Shown here: piece by piece, positions 11,381-25,040 of the stretch
How the letters are laid out: the number at the start of each line of letters is the position of its first letter
How positions within the stretch are numbered: the stretch's first letter is position 1
NCBI GenBank assembly: GCA_951406725.2
Contig: OX597824.1
Location: forward strand, 61,752,001-61,816,000
Direction: 5' to 3'
DNA length: 64,000 bases
Origin: Octopus vulgaris
Lineage: Eukaryota
Made by a program: the position numbers and the translations under genes
The notes under the pieces: model-generated
What the model was told of the DNA's origin: nothing
What the model saw: the letters and a program-made list of their open reading frames with translations, nothing else
Databases searched by the model: none

Positions 11381-14361
11381 GTCATAATAGTATTCGGAGT
11401 TTCAAATAGCAAAACTAGGAGCTACAATGCATTCTCAGCGGCTATTATGACAACTTACTGATTGTCCTAAACTATACATATATTATAAATAATCCTCTAT
11501 TTACCTAATATCGCGGTCTCATTTTTTGTTGTCACTTTTTACTATATATATATATACATATATAATAAAAAGTAATTTAAATTTAACGTATGATAGCGTC
11601 TCATAAAGCGAAATTTCTATACATCTTAAATTTGCAGAAGAATTTGTGATGAGAGCGGTTTACCTTAATGGTTCAGAGCACCGCAACGCGTAATCACGGA
11701 GTTCGTGTCTAATAGTCGACCGCCAACACATTTTCTGCAAAATTGGGGATAGATTATCCTACATTATTAGCATTATTCTGCGTTATATATATATATATAT
11801 ATATATATACATACATACACGTGCGTATGTACACACACACGGACGCACACGCAATTCTTAAAAATGGGTAAGATTTATTTCGCTATACACTGAGGTTGCC
11901 CAAATTGTGATATTATGATTGGAACGTGAAATATATTCATCTTATTTTGAGGGAAATTTGGAATCTCGAGTAATTCTATCAGGTTGATTTTATGGATCAA
12001 AGTCATGCTTTCTTTCAAGAGAACATCAGTTTGAATAGACCAAACTCAGCAGGCAGTCTTTAAACAAAATGTTATATGATAATATGCACGTATAAAAATT
12101 GAAACATGGTTTTCAGACAAATACTTTGATAGATATTAAGTAAAAGCATTGCATTTCAGCATTATAATTTATATCTCCTCATGGAGTAAGATGTAAGCAT
12201 GCACAAATACTAAATGCTGAAGTGTTTACAGCACACATTTATACCAACTCTATTGTTTATCTCTGCCTATCTCACAAAGAATATATAAATTGTTTATTGA
12301 AAAAATTTAAATGACTTCAGACATTAGCAGGTAGTACTTTACATGTGAAAAGTTCGTAGCAATCTGAGATTACGAAGTGATTCCATATTCTGGTAAGAGT
12401 AATTTCAGATAGAATAATCTGTTAATAGGTGATAAAATTAATGCCAACAATATATTGGAAACAGTCCATTATATGTATAATATATACAATTGTAAAACAG
12501 TTATCAAGTGAAGTGGAAGATGTAAACTGGGTCGTGACTGCGGAAACAATGTAATCCGTAGCGTATTTTGAATTATTATTTATGATCAGAATCCATGATT
12601 ACTATAGAAAAGTGAATGTATTTTGTTGTTTGCCATTGTATAGGTCAATCTGCCCTCGTTTCACGTAAATATATCCTGTTCTAGGAATGTATATAAATGT
12701 ATTGTGATAATCCAATTCACTAAACATTGACACAAACAAATCTAGATGTAGCTATGTAGTTTTCGTGTGCAATAGTCTTTAACAATCTTATGCTGAAGCG
12801 TCTATTTGAAGAATGATCAGTTGCTACTCTGTTTAACGATAAGTCATGGTGGACGGACAGATAAACTAATACATTTGCAATGTAAGCTTCAATTAAGAGC
12901 TTCTGCCGAGAAGACTATATCAAATGCCAAGGCGACGTTAATTCATGTTTTCTAAATTAGATGCTCAGGCATTTCGTTTTGTCCGAGGTAGGAATCAATC
13001 GAGGATTGAATGCGACAGAAATCGTCTTCACTAAATCAGCTGTCATTTGTCGATGTTTCTGATAAATGCGTTAATGATTCTTAGGAATTAAACAATTAAC
13101 AGGCTTTCACAAACTTTTGGTGACCCAAACAAACACGTCTTATGTTTGGAGGTCAATACATAAAGAACGTATTTTATTGTGTTCGCATGAACTTGTGCCT
13201 CAGTGTTCTAGTGATGCTTTTGGTGGTGTCTGGGAATATGTGTAAAACTTTATGGTAATGAGTTCTGATTGTTGTTCTTAAAAGTAAATCTTGCAAAGCG
13301 TACCTGAGACTATGTGAGGAGGAAACACACACAAGATACTGCTATTTTCGTGTGAGTTGGTATTGGTATGTGCTATACTGATGGTTTTCTATTGCTGAAA
13401 AACAATTTATGGAACACATATAAAACATGTATATAATTAGACATCGTTATACGTAAAAAGACAAAACGACTGCACCACTAGAAACATACAAACAAGTGCA
13501 TATGGTTATATGATGAATCGAAGGATAGATTATATATTTGATATTTATTATAATGTAGATTATATATTTGATAATTTAATGTCGTACGTAAAGTAGTAGG
13601 AATAAAGTAGATTTTGGTTTTGCAGGTTTTGGTTCTAGGATTATCAGAAATGGAACTAATTCTAATAATTCCATTCGTGAGAAGCCAAAATTATGATTAT
13701 GATAAAATACGTCTCCGTAACGTAGCGCTTCCGCCTAGAAGACAAATAAAATAAATATCGTGCTTTGAAAGTAGTACTGGGATTCATACGTTTGACTGAA
13801 ATAGCTTTCTCTATATACGATGTAGAACATGAATGGAGGCATCAGCTAACCAGCCAACCAGCCAGTCAGTCAACCAGCCCATATTTCTATCGCCCATTAT
13901 GATATGACGTGTTAATGGTAACAAACACCCTTCCTAACAAAACTTTGTTGTAAACAAGAATATTTTGATATGTGCTGTATGTTACGATGTGACATAAGTA
14001 TTTTATAGATATATTCATCTATGAGTCTTGATGGTTGATGATATCAGGTTTAATAATAGACTCCATTACAAAATTAAATAATAAAACATATTCATAATAT
14101 TTAATAACTGAAGCTCTTTAGTATTTAACATTTATTTACTGCCGCATGCCTGTGGCAATTTTTGTTAGGATAGGTAACTCGTGTCAAGATGGTGTAAAAT
14201 GTAATTATGTCCAGCTGTTTCATTACAAGATTAATTAACGCGTGGGATGAATCAACGCAGCAAATACAACTAATATAGGTACTATGTGATCTTTAAGGAC
14301 AGCGGCAAGTATACATACACCCACAAATGTATGTATGTATCTTTCTTATTTCTTATTTACG

Positions 14362-14652
14362 ACCAGGCTATGAGATGTTGCTACACATCGCTGGTCACAA
14401 TATGCTTCGCATTGTTTTAGCCTTCAAATGACGCCACCCCGCTGACTAAGCGAGCAGGCCAGTAGAAAAATGAGTGAGAGAAAGTTGTGGCGAAAGAGTA
14501 CAGCAGGGATCGCCACTACCTCCTGCCGGAGCCTCGTGGTGCTTTAGGTGTTTTTGCTCAATAAACACTCACAACGCCCGGTCTGGGAATCGAAACTGCG
14601 ATCATACAACTGCGAGTCCGCTGTCCTAACCACTGGGCCATTGCGCCTCCAC
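14362..14652 (-). mobile_element. tRNA-derived SINE
   Basis: Minus strand GGAGGCGCAATGGCCCAGTGGTTAGG...GTTTCGATTCCCAGACCGGGCG, with A and B boxes. Confidence 0.85.
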
Positions 14653-14664
14653 ATATATGTATGT

Positions 14665-14735
14665 GTGTGTCATTATTCAGTTTATTTCAAGATTTCTTGT
14701 CAATAAAGAAAGAACCGGTTTCTAATCTAGATCCC
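14665..14735 (-). mobile_element. 3' tail fragment of the RLE-LINE family seen at 27780-28450
   Basis: Reverse complement matches 28384-28450 (GGATC..TTAGAAACCG..TTTCT.TATTG.CAAGAA..CTTGAAATAAA..GAATAATGACA). Confidence 0.7.
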
Positions 14736-15002
14736 CTGTGGGATGAAGTTAAAATAATAGACAGAGAACACCAGTAGAAAATACGAAAACTAAAAGAAGC
14801 AGCACATATGCTAGGACACAACAAGCTCCTAAGCAGACCGAGGGCAGATATGAATAGCATATGGGAACCAGTATTGAGGTAGGATAGGAAACTATTAGAT
14901 TTATAAGCCCTCAAATTCACTCCATAATTGTCCACGGGCATATGGCGTAGTTGCTAACCCCAAGATTCCGAGTTTGATTCCAGGTAGTGACCTGAATAAT
15001 AG

Positions 15003-15045
<43 letters not shown>
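14733..15045 (+). mobile_element. PLE 3' fragment (GIY-YIG C-terminus + tRNA-like head + (TAA)n)
   Basis: Highly similar to 32590-32810 (KIIDREH..KIRKLKEAAHML), followed by GGGCATATGGCGTAG...GAGTTTGATTCC and (AAT)n. Confidence 0.85.
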
Positions 15046-15046
<1 letters not shown>

Positions 15047-15179
15047 TATTTGTACTATATATATATACACGTTAAATTATATATATATATATATATACAA
15101 GTAGACATATATATGTATACACGTAAAATTTCACGCCCAGATAACTCATCATTGACGTTACGGATGCCGGTGAAGAAGG

Positions 15180-15720
15180 TGAACTATTTTTTCAACAACA
15201 AACCGCCTCGTCTGAGATAAAGAAAAGTCCTTAATAAGTGGATCGATACCATCAAAACCACTTGAGAAGAAGCAGTGGTATTGCATGGGAAAATATTTGC
15301 GATATATACTCGGGTTTTATAAGGTTTTGTAGGTTTTCTCGAGCAGAATTATGATGCAACTAAACCACTACCTCAACAATAACATCAGTAGCTTTTGACA
15401 AATACCTAATCAATAAGTACATCTAAATAAAGGACCCAGGATGAAACCCAGTCTTCAAATTAGTAAAATGGTTAAGGTCTTCGTGTCTTGTGAGGCTTGT
15501 ATCGCAATAAGAGTTACCGTTTTATGTTGAATAATTCTATCTTATAAAAGGGAAGGCTTCTTCTCGTCCATATTGTATGCATACCCTTTAAGGTATATTC
15601 AACCACGACTGATTTGTACACAGCGTGTTTGGTGATTGAATTTACTTCCAAAATATATTGTTTCGAGAATAAATGATAACATTGACTACATTTTGTGAGT
15701 ATATAACAAAGCATCTGTTA
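15180..15720 (-). mobile_element. Possible highly decayed PLE-type RT fragment
   Basis: YLDVLI-like thumb motif near 15410-15430 on the minus strand; otherwise weak. Confidence 0.3.
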
Positions 15721-16616
15721 AGATAAGGAGTTTAAATATTATAGGCAAACACTTTGAAGATGTTTGTGACAATTTTACTTCATCACAATTTGTGGAAAGG
15801 GAAGCTAATATTTTTCGAGAAGACTAACGGAAACAACACCTCACTGCAAAGCAAGAGCTTAAATCTCGTAAACAATTAGACGTCATTCCTATATTCTCAA
15901 GAGAATAAACAAAACCGTAAATCATATATCTGATCGTGATATCAACACACGGAAAAATACAGAATAATAGATATGATTTCACAAATACCAATGACACGTT
16001 GACCGGTTATTTATCACGTTGTGGCATGCAATTTCCATACAGATTACAAGTGCTAAAATTAACAAATTCCAGACGAAATGGAAATTTATTTAACAGATAC
16101 ATCCATTGCTATGCAATCGAGTCTCTCTCTCTCTAAAATAACAAAGATGTTCTACATACTGGGAATGGGCATACATACAAACATACGTACAAATATACAA
16201 ATATACATACATATATACGTACGCACGTATATACGCACATACATACATATATACGTGCGCATGTATATACGTACATACATACATAAAATCCACAGACAAA
16301 TTTCTCCATCAAGTGACTTTAAGCATCCTGAGCTGTTTTTTGCAAGTTTGCTTTCTGAGACTTGTACAACTTTTATAGTTACACTTTCTTCTTTAAGTTT
16401 GGGTCAAGAAGTTTTACACGAGTGGATCTCTTTAGCGCTAACAGCTCATTTATGACACACACACACACATATATGTGTGTATGTGTATATATGTGTGTGA
16501 AAAATATTTATATATATATATGTATATATATATTGTTGTATTTAGGAATGGTCATTTTGCCAGTTTAGCAAATATATATATATATGTACATACGTGTATG
16601 CATCAGTGTCTGCCTG

Positions 16617-16712
<96 letters not shown>
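16617..16712. repeat. (TATC)n microsatellite
   Basis: Seen directly; a similar tract lies at 23837-24064. Confidence 0.95.
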
Positions 16713-16713
<1 letters not shown>

Positions 16714-16899
16714 ATACGTATAATATATATATATATATATATAATATATATATATATATTTATATGTTTTCAGTATGCGTGCGTGTATATATACATACTT
16801 GTACATACATACTTGTACTAATCGTACTACTTATCGGTGTGTGTTTGTTTCTGGCGTTGTTAGCTAACTCCTACTATATCGTTTTATTGATTTTGATAA

Positions 16900-17812
16900 A
16901 ACTTGACACGCGAGTAGAATGCATGTCTGAAGACCTCGTGACATAATTAGATCGATGAATAAGTTGATAATACGGCCCATGGAAGGGTCCTTTATATCTA
17001 CCTCATATAAATAATTTTTAAACACCCAAAGGAAATAACCGATAGCACCTTCACTTACAATTGTTAGTTTTTAGCGAAGTGATCAGTATTTGGTTCTCAC
17101 GATCAGCGGACCGAATTCCGTTAAACCTTATTATTGCACTTTCTTAATGCATGTAAACTTTAAATGCCCATGACTCCGATAATTCTGCATTTTCCCAGTT
17201 AAATGTTTCCCATGACAGTACATACATTTTTGATTCCAGCTTCAGCGGACCAAATTCGGCATTTCACTACTCAGGGATTTCAACTGCTAAACTTTATTAT
17301 TGCTCTTTTTTGATGCATGTACACTACATAAACTTTTGCTTCCAGAACGTATTTAATAATTGCTTATGTTCGATTATTGATTTTCTGTGTGTACAATTAC
17401 TAATTTTTGCAGACAATATCACTTTTATACTTTATTTGACATGTGAGTAGAACTCATGTCTGGAAACCTCGTGATATGCTTAGATTTTCGGAAAACATTG
17501 ATAATAGAGCCCCTCTAATGGACCCTTCTATCTAGTATATATTACTAATATTTTATTTAAAAAACCCAAGGGAAATAACCTATACCAACTCCAGTTTTTA
17601 GCGAAGCGATCAATATTTGATTCTCACGATCAGCCGACTTAATTCTGCATTTCACTACTCAGTTTTTATTCCACTTCCTTGATTTGAATCTTAAACTTTA
17701 AACTTTAAAGACTTCATTCTATACATACATGCATTTTTGAATGCTCATTACTCCAATAATTCTGCGTTTATACAGTTACACTTTTTCCATGACAGTAGAT
17801 AATTTTTTTTAT
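16900..17812. repeat. Diverged ~535-bp direct duplication with internal sub-repeats
   Basis: TTGACA.G.GAGTAGAA..CATGTCTG..ACCTCGTGA at ~16903 and ~17436; TTTTAGCGAAG.GATCA.TATTTG.TTCTCACGATCAGC at ~17069 and ~17595; CCATGACAGTA at ~17210 and ~17787. Confidence 0.8.
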
Positions 17813-17989
17813 TCTACAACGTATTTATAGTGTATACTTTAGGTTTGTAAACTTTGTAGTGTAAGTGTGTGCATGTGAAAGAGAGTGGGGAGAGAGAACA
17901 TTGCAAATAATAAATAAAATAAACATGGAATGGAAAACTTGTATATATAAAAGGGCATTACTACATATGTATACGCTGCCGATTTTGTT

Positions 17990-18560
17990 GCCTCATAACG
18001 TTCAGAAAAATGGATACTTTTTAACATTTTCCACCCGTCTACCGCTCTGTGATGACCACAATTGGGAGCAGTACTCCAGACGACTGATAACGAAAGTTCT
18101 CCGTACGAGAGGCATGATATTCTTTTTCTTAGTTCCGAATAATCTCAGAATCCATCCAGGTACTCGCCTGAACTATGTGGCCATCTTGGTAATATGCACA
18201 TAGAATGATGCATCATTACTCATGTGGATTTTCAGTTCTCACAGCAAAACTGACTCCAGAATTGCATTACTCCCTAGTTTTATTCATCCCGATTATAGTC
18301 CGTTTGAGGGCCGATAGTGGAGTGTCTGAAACGTCTTTGAATTGAACTCTGCATTTCCATCTGCATATTTGTATATTGCATGCAGATCATTTTCCAGTTC
18401 TAGTATGTCATCAGGGTGTTTTACTGCGTATGATAATTTTGTATTATCAGCATAACTGGCGACAATGGCTGTATGGTTGATGGCATCTTAGCCGGCCACG
18501 ACAAAGTACTGGCCACAGAATGGTTCTTTGAAGGAATCCGATACGAATTGACGGGATAAT
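17990..18560 (-). mobile_element. CR1-like LINE RT fragment
   Basis: Minus strand SYADNTK...LENDLHAIYKYA...FN..FQTLHY and SRLEYCSQLWS motifs. Confidence 0.75.
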
Positions 18561-18908
18561 ATATATCCAATATACTGCTGGTAGAATACCCAATTATTAA
18601 TACACAAGTGTCTTTTATTGCATTGCAATTACATTACATAGTGCAGTAAATGGGTGAAGGTAAAGAGGTATTTTACCATTAATTTATATAGCAATAAGAA
18701 AATGGGGGAGGATCTATAGGTGGTTCATCAACTTTTAGACATTATATTATGTTAACTTATTTATTTGCTAACCTGACAATTACAATAATATACATACATG
18801 TATAACATATTATGCTTTACATATAAGATATAAAATATATTAATATATAATGATACCAGTAATTATTACAAAATAACATACGTGAATATAAATTGGGAAA
18901 ATAACATA

Positions 18909-19022
18909 TACCTGTTTCAGCCAAGAGGTAAAAGTACTTCATTCTACCTTATTACTCAAGTAGACTGAAGTAATAGGTAGATGAGATTGAGGTTCTTGGG
19001 TATTTCTCTAGGCTTCGTCAAA
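18909..19022 (-). ncRNA. Degenerate hammerhead-like motif with extended stem II
   Basis: TTGACGA-AGCCTAGAG-(inner hairpin)-CTCTTGGCT-GAAAC-AG-GTA. C3 is U and stem I pairs poorly. Confidence 0.4.
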
Positions 19023-19855
19023 GATTATAAAGTACATAATGTTAAGTTATAAATAAATATAAATGTATAATAAATAAATAAAAATACACAGACATTTAAA
19101 TACTTATATATATATAGATATACATATACATACATATATAAATATACATAAATACTTATAATATATATATATATATATATGTATTGAAATGTACATACAT
19201 ATTTGCTTTTATAAGCATACATAATAATCAGTTATTACTAATATTATTAATATTAGATAAATTCTATTATTCACATTAGATATAACATAGAATATAATAT
19301 ATAAACAGATATTTTTGAAAGTAATAAGGATAACAGTTTTACAATATATATATATATATTACTAAAGTGACAAAGGGTTCTAATCAGCGCCTGTATTGCT
19401 AGAACCAAACGTCAAAACAATCTAATAGCCACAGAAGGCACTATCATAATGCTCATCAGTGGCTCTCACTGCGCCTAAGGTTAAGCTCACCTCGCCGTGA
19501 CAGATTATAAGATATCCGTTGAAATCATACGCTGATTTGAGAAACGGTAAAAGTGAAAATTATAAATAATACAGGTAGCTAACTCGTAGTTTTACAACCT
19601 AAATTGACAAAGGGCATTAATTTACAGCAGTATTGCTAGCAATAAGAATGAAAATAACACAATTGCTTCAGCAAGCATAATCTTAGTGACTCAGAAGGGA
19701 AGCAAGTTCCGTATGGCAGAAGATATAACCAGATCATCAATGATTTCGCATTTTGATGCTCATGCGTCTTAATACTCACCACGGCTAGGGTTGTATATGC
19801 CTTTAGGTTGTAAAATTGCGAATTAGCCACCCATCTTATATAGATGTATATATAT

Positions 19856-19890
<35 letters not shown>

Positions 19891-20130
19891 GTGTTCATTA
19901 ATAATTGGTAGAACTTACATAGGTGTGAATAGATGGATGAAAGGATCGATGGATTGATGCACACACACAGAAGCCTGGTTCTGTGAGGACTCACATGGAA
20001 TGTCGTTTCCTTACGTTTCAAATATACCCAAATTTAAAACAACTCTAATTTCACACAAATATATGTTAATTTACATATAATGTATGTGTCAATTCTATTT
20101 ACTGAAACTTACTAAAAATTATCTTTTGCT

Positions 20131-21190
20131 TTAAAGTAGTATCTCATTGAAGACACAAATGTCAGTAATTATACTGTTTCCATTTCTCTCAGCCATTATT
20201 TTTACATTAGCCTTCTTTCGAAATCTAGATAATGCAACATACATCTGATTATGTGAGAAGAATTTTATCGGAAAATATACTCCAATTTGTTCAAAATTAT
20301 GTCCCTGTGCCTTGTTGCAAGTCAAGGCAGAAGCTGACTTGACAGGAAATAGTGAATGGAAATTTCATTTCTTGATTTACATGTGGTATTCTTGGCATTA
20401 GCAGAGTTGATCCTACATAGGGACCAGGAGCAACCTCAGTTATATAAACTGACAATGATATAGCGTGTACCATTGCAATGTCTATTAGTAGCATCTAAAT
20501 TTCTCAGAAACATTATGCATCTTTTTTTCTTCAGTGTGGTGGAAACCCTGATGGTGTAAGTTTGTTGATGAATTCGATTGCGTACAGAGTTTCATTATCA
20601 ACTGTATCTGAGCTTCCGTATATTTTTAGCTCACCAGTGATCCTGGTCATCAGAAAATTATTCACAAATTGTGTTTCTTCATTTATTGGGGTAACAATGG
20701 CTGTATTTGCAAACCACGCAGGATTTGTGAAGTTAGTTTTGAGGTCTGCATATACAAAATCACATAGATCTGAAAGAGTACCACTTTGAAGGCGAAGGTC
20801 AATGGGTAGTTTGATTCTGAATTATGTTAGCATTTCCTACATCAAGAAGTAATTAGAACACTCTTTCATAAGAAAGACTGACCTTCTCTAAGAAATCTTA
20901 GACTGGTTGTCAACTACACTACTTCCACATGATCGCAAAGAAATGATCTCTTTAGTGTTGCATCAAAAATTTGTGATCTGACACCATTATTCTGAAGTAG
21001 AATATTCTCCTCTCGAGATACCCTAACCAGTCGGTCATGTGTAGCGGAAACAAAATCATTTCGACGTCACCGTGAATATTCAGGCATCTGTTTCAGTCAC
21101 TTTGCCCTGGTTTCATCTGATTCAGTTGCCTGTCTTCCTCTCTGCCGTTGTGCCTTCGCTGCTATTTTTTCTTTTTCAGTCGCATATTAT
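20131..21190 (-). mobile_element. Helitron remnant (PIF1-like helicase C-terminus)
   Basis: TCNKAQG..QIGVY..FSHNQMYVALSR..VFNEIL, GPYVGSTLLMPRIP and a LTPSGFPPH-like motif. Confidence 0.85.
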
Positions 21191-21299
21191 ATATAAATGA
21201 AAGCTCATTAAATACTATATCGTATAGCATGCTAGAAATAGCAGCGATCACATAGTCATTATTGTAAGGCTTATAGCGTTCCAAAGAGCCATACCAAAA

Positions 21300-21590
21300 C
21301 AAATCACTTCTTCATTTAAAAAATATATACGTTATATTAAAGAATTTTCATTTTATCAAACATATTCCTTTACCAAACGACGGAAACTGATAATATTGGA
21401 ATTGTGCCTCGTATCAAAGTTATACAGCTATTTTGTGTAATAGCATGCATTCATTCAGCACAAAATCACTTAAAAATTATACCAATAGAGTAAAAAATTT
21501 TCATTTTCTGAAAAATATTCATTTAACAAACTCCAGAAACTGATAATATTCTTAAAATTGTGTCCCATATCAAAGTTATACAGCTATTAT
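21300..21590. repeat. Two tandem ~165-bp units
   Basis: AAATCACTT...GAAACTGATAATATT...TATCAAAGTTATACAGCTATT occurs twice. Confidence 0.75.
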
Positions 21591-21915
21591 TAAATTATTA
21601 TTAATTAAAATAAAGGCGTGCGAGAATGAGACTCAGTGGTAAATAAAAACATAAAATGTTTCCTGCAACGAATTAATAGTGTTTTTCATTAAATATTAAA
21701 TTCTACTCCGCAGTGAAGGCAATGAATATTTAAATTTTCGAGAATTTGGAGTAAAAAAAATTCAACAAACTTCAGAAATCGAAATTATAGTAAATTTCAT
21801 AGAACATGAATTTATAAAAAATATTTCCATACGGTCAGGCTTTTAATATTGCTTTCTTTTAGTACTTTTAGTAATTGTTACATACCTAATTAATAAGCAA
21901 GTTTCTCCATTATAG

Positions 21916-21950
<35 letters not shown>

Positions 21951-23836
21951 ATGTGTGCGTGTGCATATATATATAAATATATATATGTATATGTACAATA
22001 TGTATATGTATATATATATATATATACATGTACAATAAATGTGTTGCTCTAAAAGGACTTCATAATGTTTCCTATTTAGATGATTTTATTAAAATCATCC
22101 AGTTGGTAAACATAAATAAATGGTTTTGATTTACTCTCAGAGGTGACTTGTGGCCAACCCTGCATATGTATGTGTATGCGTGCGCGCGAGCGTACGTATA
22201 TAGATGTAGAAAGAAAGAGAATAGGAGAAAGAGAGGGGGACAGCGTAAGAGAGAGGGAGAGAAAGGGAGAGAGAACGAGAGAAGAGAATATGTGAATCGT
22301 CTTGATACAATAAAATTGTAACAACGAAAACAATTATAAATGAATCTCGGTTAAAATTATATTTGTTCAAATAATGGTACTCTATAACCATGTGCTTTCA
22401 TATCCTAATTATCAGCCAAGATCTGCGCGACACTTTGGGAAAATGTTGAATAAACGAATGATTGGTAAAGATGTACACGTCAGGCTTCGACACAGTTTCT
22501 TTAACTTAATTTCTCTCACAAACCTTGGGTTGATCCGAGGCCACATAAAAGTCACGTGTCTAAGATGATATCACACTGCCGGGGATTAAATCCTAGATCA
22601 CCAGCCAGTTTTTCGCTTGCAATATGAACTAGAAAGAAAAACCAAGCAGATATGATTGGGATACAGCTTAGACTTTTCGCGATCCTTCATCTGAAATTTG
22701 TCTTTGATGGGAGGCCTTTACCTTTGAGTCTTTTTTAATTGACTTAGTAATTTACCCCACTTGTTCATTGATCAACTCCTCCTCAGTGTTTCCTTATCTC
22801 CTTCGTCGTAGATTTTCAAATCGTGGGCTGCTGGCTTTTTGCTTTGAAAACTGTAGGAGACGTAAGATGTTTGACTTCCTCCGAGTGGACAGCTTTGTTG
22901 CTACTTATCGTTTTCTCGACGCAGTAACTTCTAAAACGAACTGTATGTTGTTATTGGTTCTACTGTTCTCTTTTTCTGTTCTACATGGCTAACAACGAGC
23001 AAAGTGACAATGTCTTTCATAAGAACTCCTATTTCCAGTCTAATCATTGTAGAGATATTGTAGGAGCACTATAAATTACATCACTTCAGCTTCGTTCCGT
23101 TCAAAGTTTTAGAAACTAGACATATTTCGTAAGCTCTATCTTATCCAACTTTATATACTTGCTCTAAATATCGATTGAAGCTCCTTTCAATTGTTCTCAC
23201 TCACGTTTTCAGTGATGGCCTCTAGGAAAGAATTTTATAACATGTCTATATTTAGGAAAAATTGAGGATATTTTGTGTGTGTGTGGTTGACCTTTGTTGA
23301 CAGTATCGCTGGAATATTTCGAATAAATGTCGCAATTATTTGTCAAAAAGGCATTATTTTTCTATGTTCAATGCTCTATAATTAAATCTGACATTTGTTT
23401 TATGTTCGTTTTCTTTGCTGCAAAGCTTCTTCATAATTACTGGCTTTGTTTTATATCCTGGCAATAAGTCAGTTTAAGTTGATTATAAATTCAATAAAAT
23501 TATATTTAACAAATTTTCAAACTGCCAGATATTAAATTCAAACGGACAAAGAAAAGAAAATTAACAAGAATATTTTACAGAAAACGGTTTTAAAAGGAAA
23601 AAAAATGGACATTTCTATCCAAAATAGCACTCATATGCACAATAATTGTATCGGTGCGTTTGGCAAAGACAATCGCACCACAAACAACAACAAAGATTGC
23701 ATAAAAGTTGCCAAGTGAAAATATGTCAGCATCATAAGTGCAGTTTCTTTCCATCGAACTGCAATTCTAACTGCAACCGGCACTTATCTCTAGAAATGGG
23801 AAATCTACTTGGAATAGAAACAGTGCGCACCATGTG

Positions 23837-23926
<90 letters not shown>

Positions 23927-24120
23927 GCTATCTATCTGTATATCTATCTATATCTGTATATGTATCTATATCTATCTATATCTATCTATATCTATATCTA
24001 TCGCTATCTACCTCTATCTGCCTTTATCTCTATCTCTATCTAACTCTCTCTATCTCTATCTATCTTGTACATCAGATAAAGAAGTACAATCTAAAAGCTA
24101 GAGTAGTAATGTATTTACTG

Positions 24121-24539
24121 GAAGTTAATTAAATGACCATTCATAGAGTGGCCAATGGTTTGACATCCGGAAAGCCCTAAATCTTATAGACGAATCGTCA
24201 GACTTCAGTAGACGCGGACACATAACCTCTTGAAAATGGAGATAGAAAACCGTTACAGTATCAGTTCATTTATAAACAAAAGTATATTGCTCCTTCGTCG
24301 ATTAGGACCATAAGGGAGATTACCAAATCCATGGGTGATGATCCACCCCGTTTAACGCTCAGACAATATATAATATTCTTTTTTTCACAAATTAACTGAC
24401 CGTAACAGTTTTCTATCTTCAGTTTGTACAAAGGTTTTATGTCGGCAGTATCGGAGTCTGACGAATTGTTTATAAGGCTAAGCACTTTATGGATGCGAAA
24501 CCATTGGTCACTCTAAAATCAGCCATATAATTAACATCG
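24121..24539. mobile_element. MITE/foldback element with ~150-bp imperfect inverted arms
   Basis: GTTAATTAAATG.CCATT..TAGAGTGGCCAATGGTTT pairs with AAACCATTGGTCACTCTA...ATAATTAAC; GATAGAAAACCGTTAC pairs with GTAACAGTTTTCTATC. Confidence 0.8.
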
Positions 24540-24571
24540 TGTATATACATATACACAATATATATATATAT

Positions 24572-25040
24572 GAACATTATTGAACGTGACTAAAGAACTC
24601 AAGCCACCTACATTGCTAGAAATTAGAGCTAAAGTGCTCTTAATGCTGTAGGAAAGCACATAATTTATACATATACACTAACAGGGGCTGCAATCACCCC
24701 AACAAAGACTCGAGAATTCTTTCGACAGCACGTTCAGTTTCGGCTTTTTCCGTATCCTTCCTCGGGGCCAGTACTCCTGTCAGCATATATGTATTTACCA
24801 GAAAAATTTATGGATTATTTAGGGATCGCTAATATATATTCAAAAATTAACAACTAAGTGCAATGTAATGCCATAAAGGAACAAAATAAACATCACTGAA
24901 CGCGACTAAGGGGGTCAACATATACATTACTGAAAATAAGAGCTAAAATGCTTTTAATGCTGTAGGAAAAGCATATAAATGCATACATATATGCTGACAA
25001 GAGCTACAATCGCTCCCAACACCGACTCAATAATTCCTTA
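24572..25040. repeat. Direct duplication (~24572-24720 and ~24890-25040) with an inverted partial copy at ~24770-24797
   Basis: AGAGCTAAA.TGCT.TTAATGCTGTAGGAAA occurs twice; CTCCTGTCAGCATATATGTA is the reverse complement of the unit end. Confidence 0.7.

Noticed and set aside
22374-22610. RGHIKVTC zinc-knuckle-like peptide
   Set aside because: The DNA is a decayed reverse copy of the CORE-like SINE.
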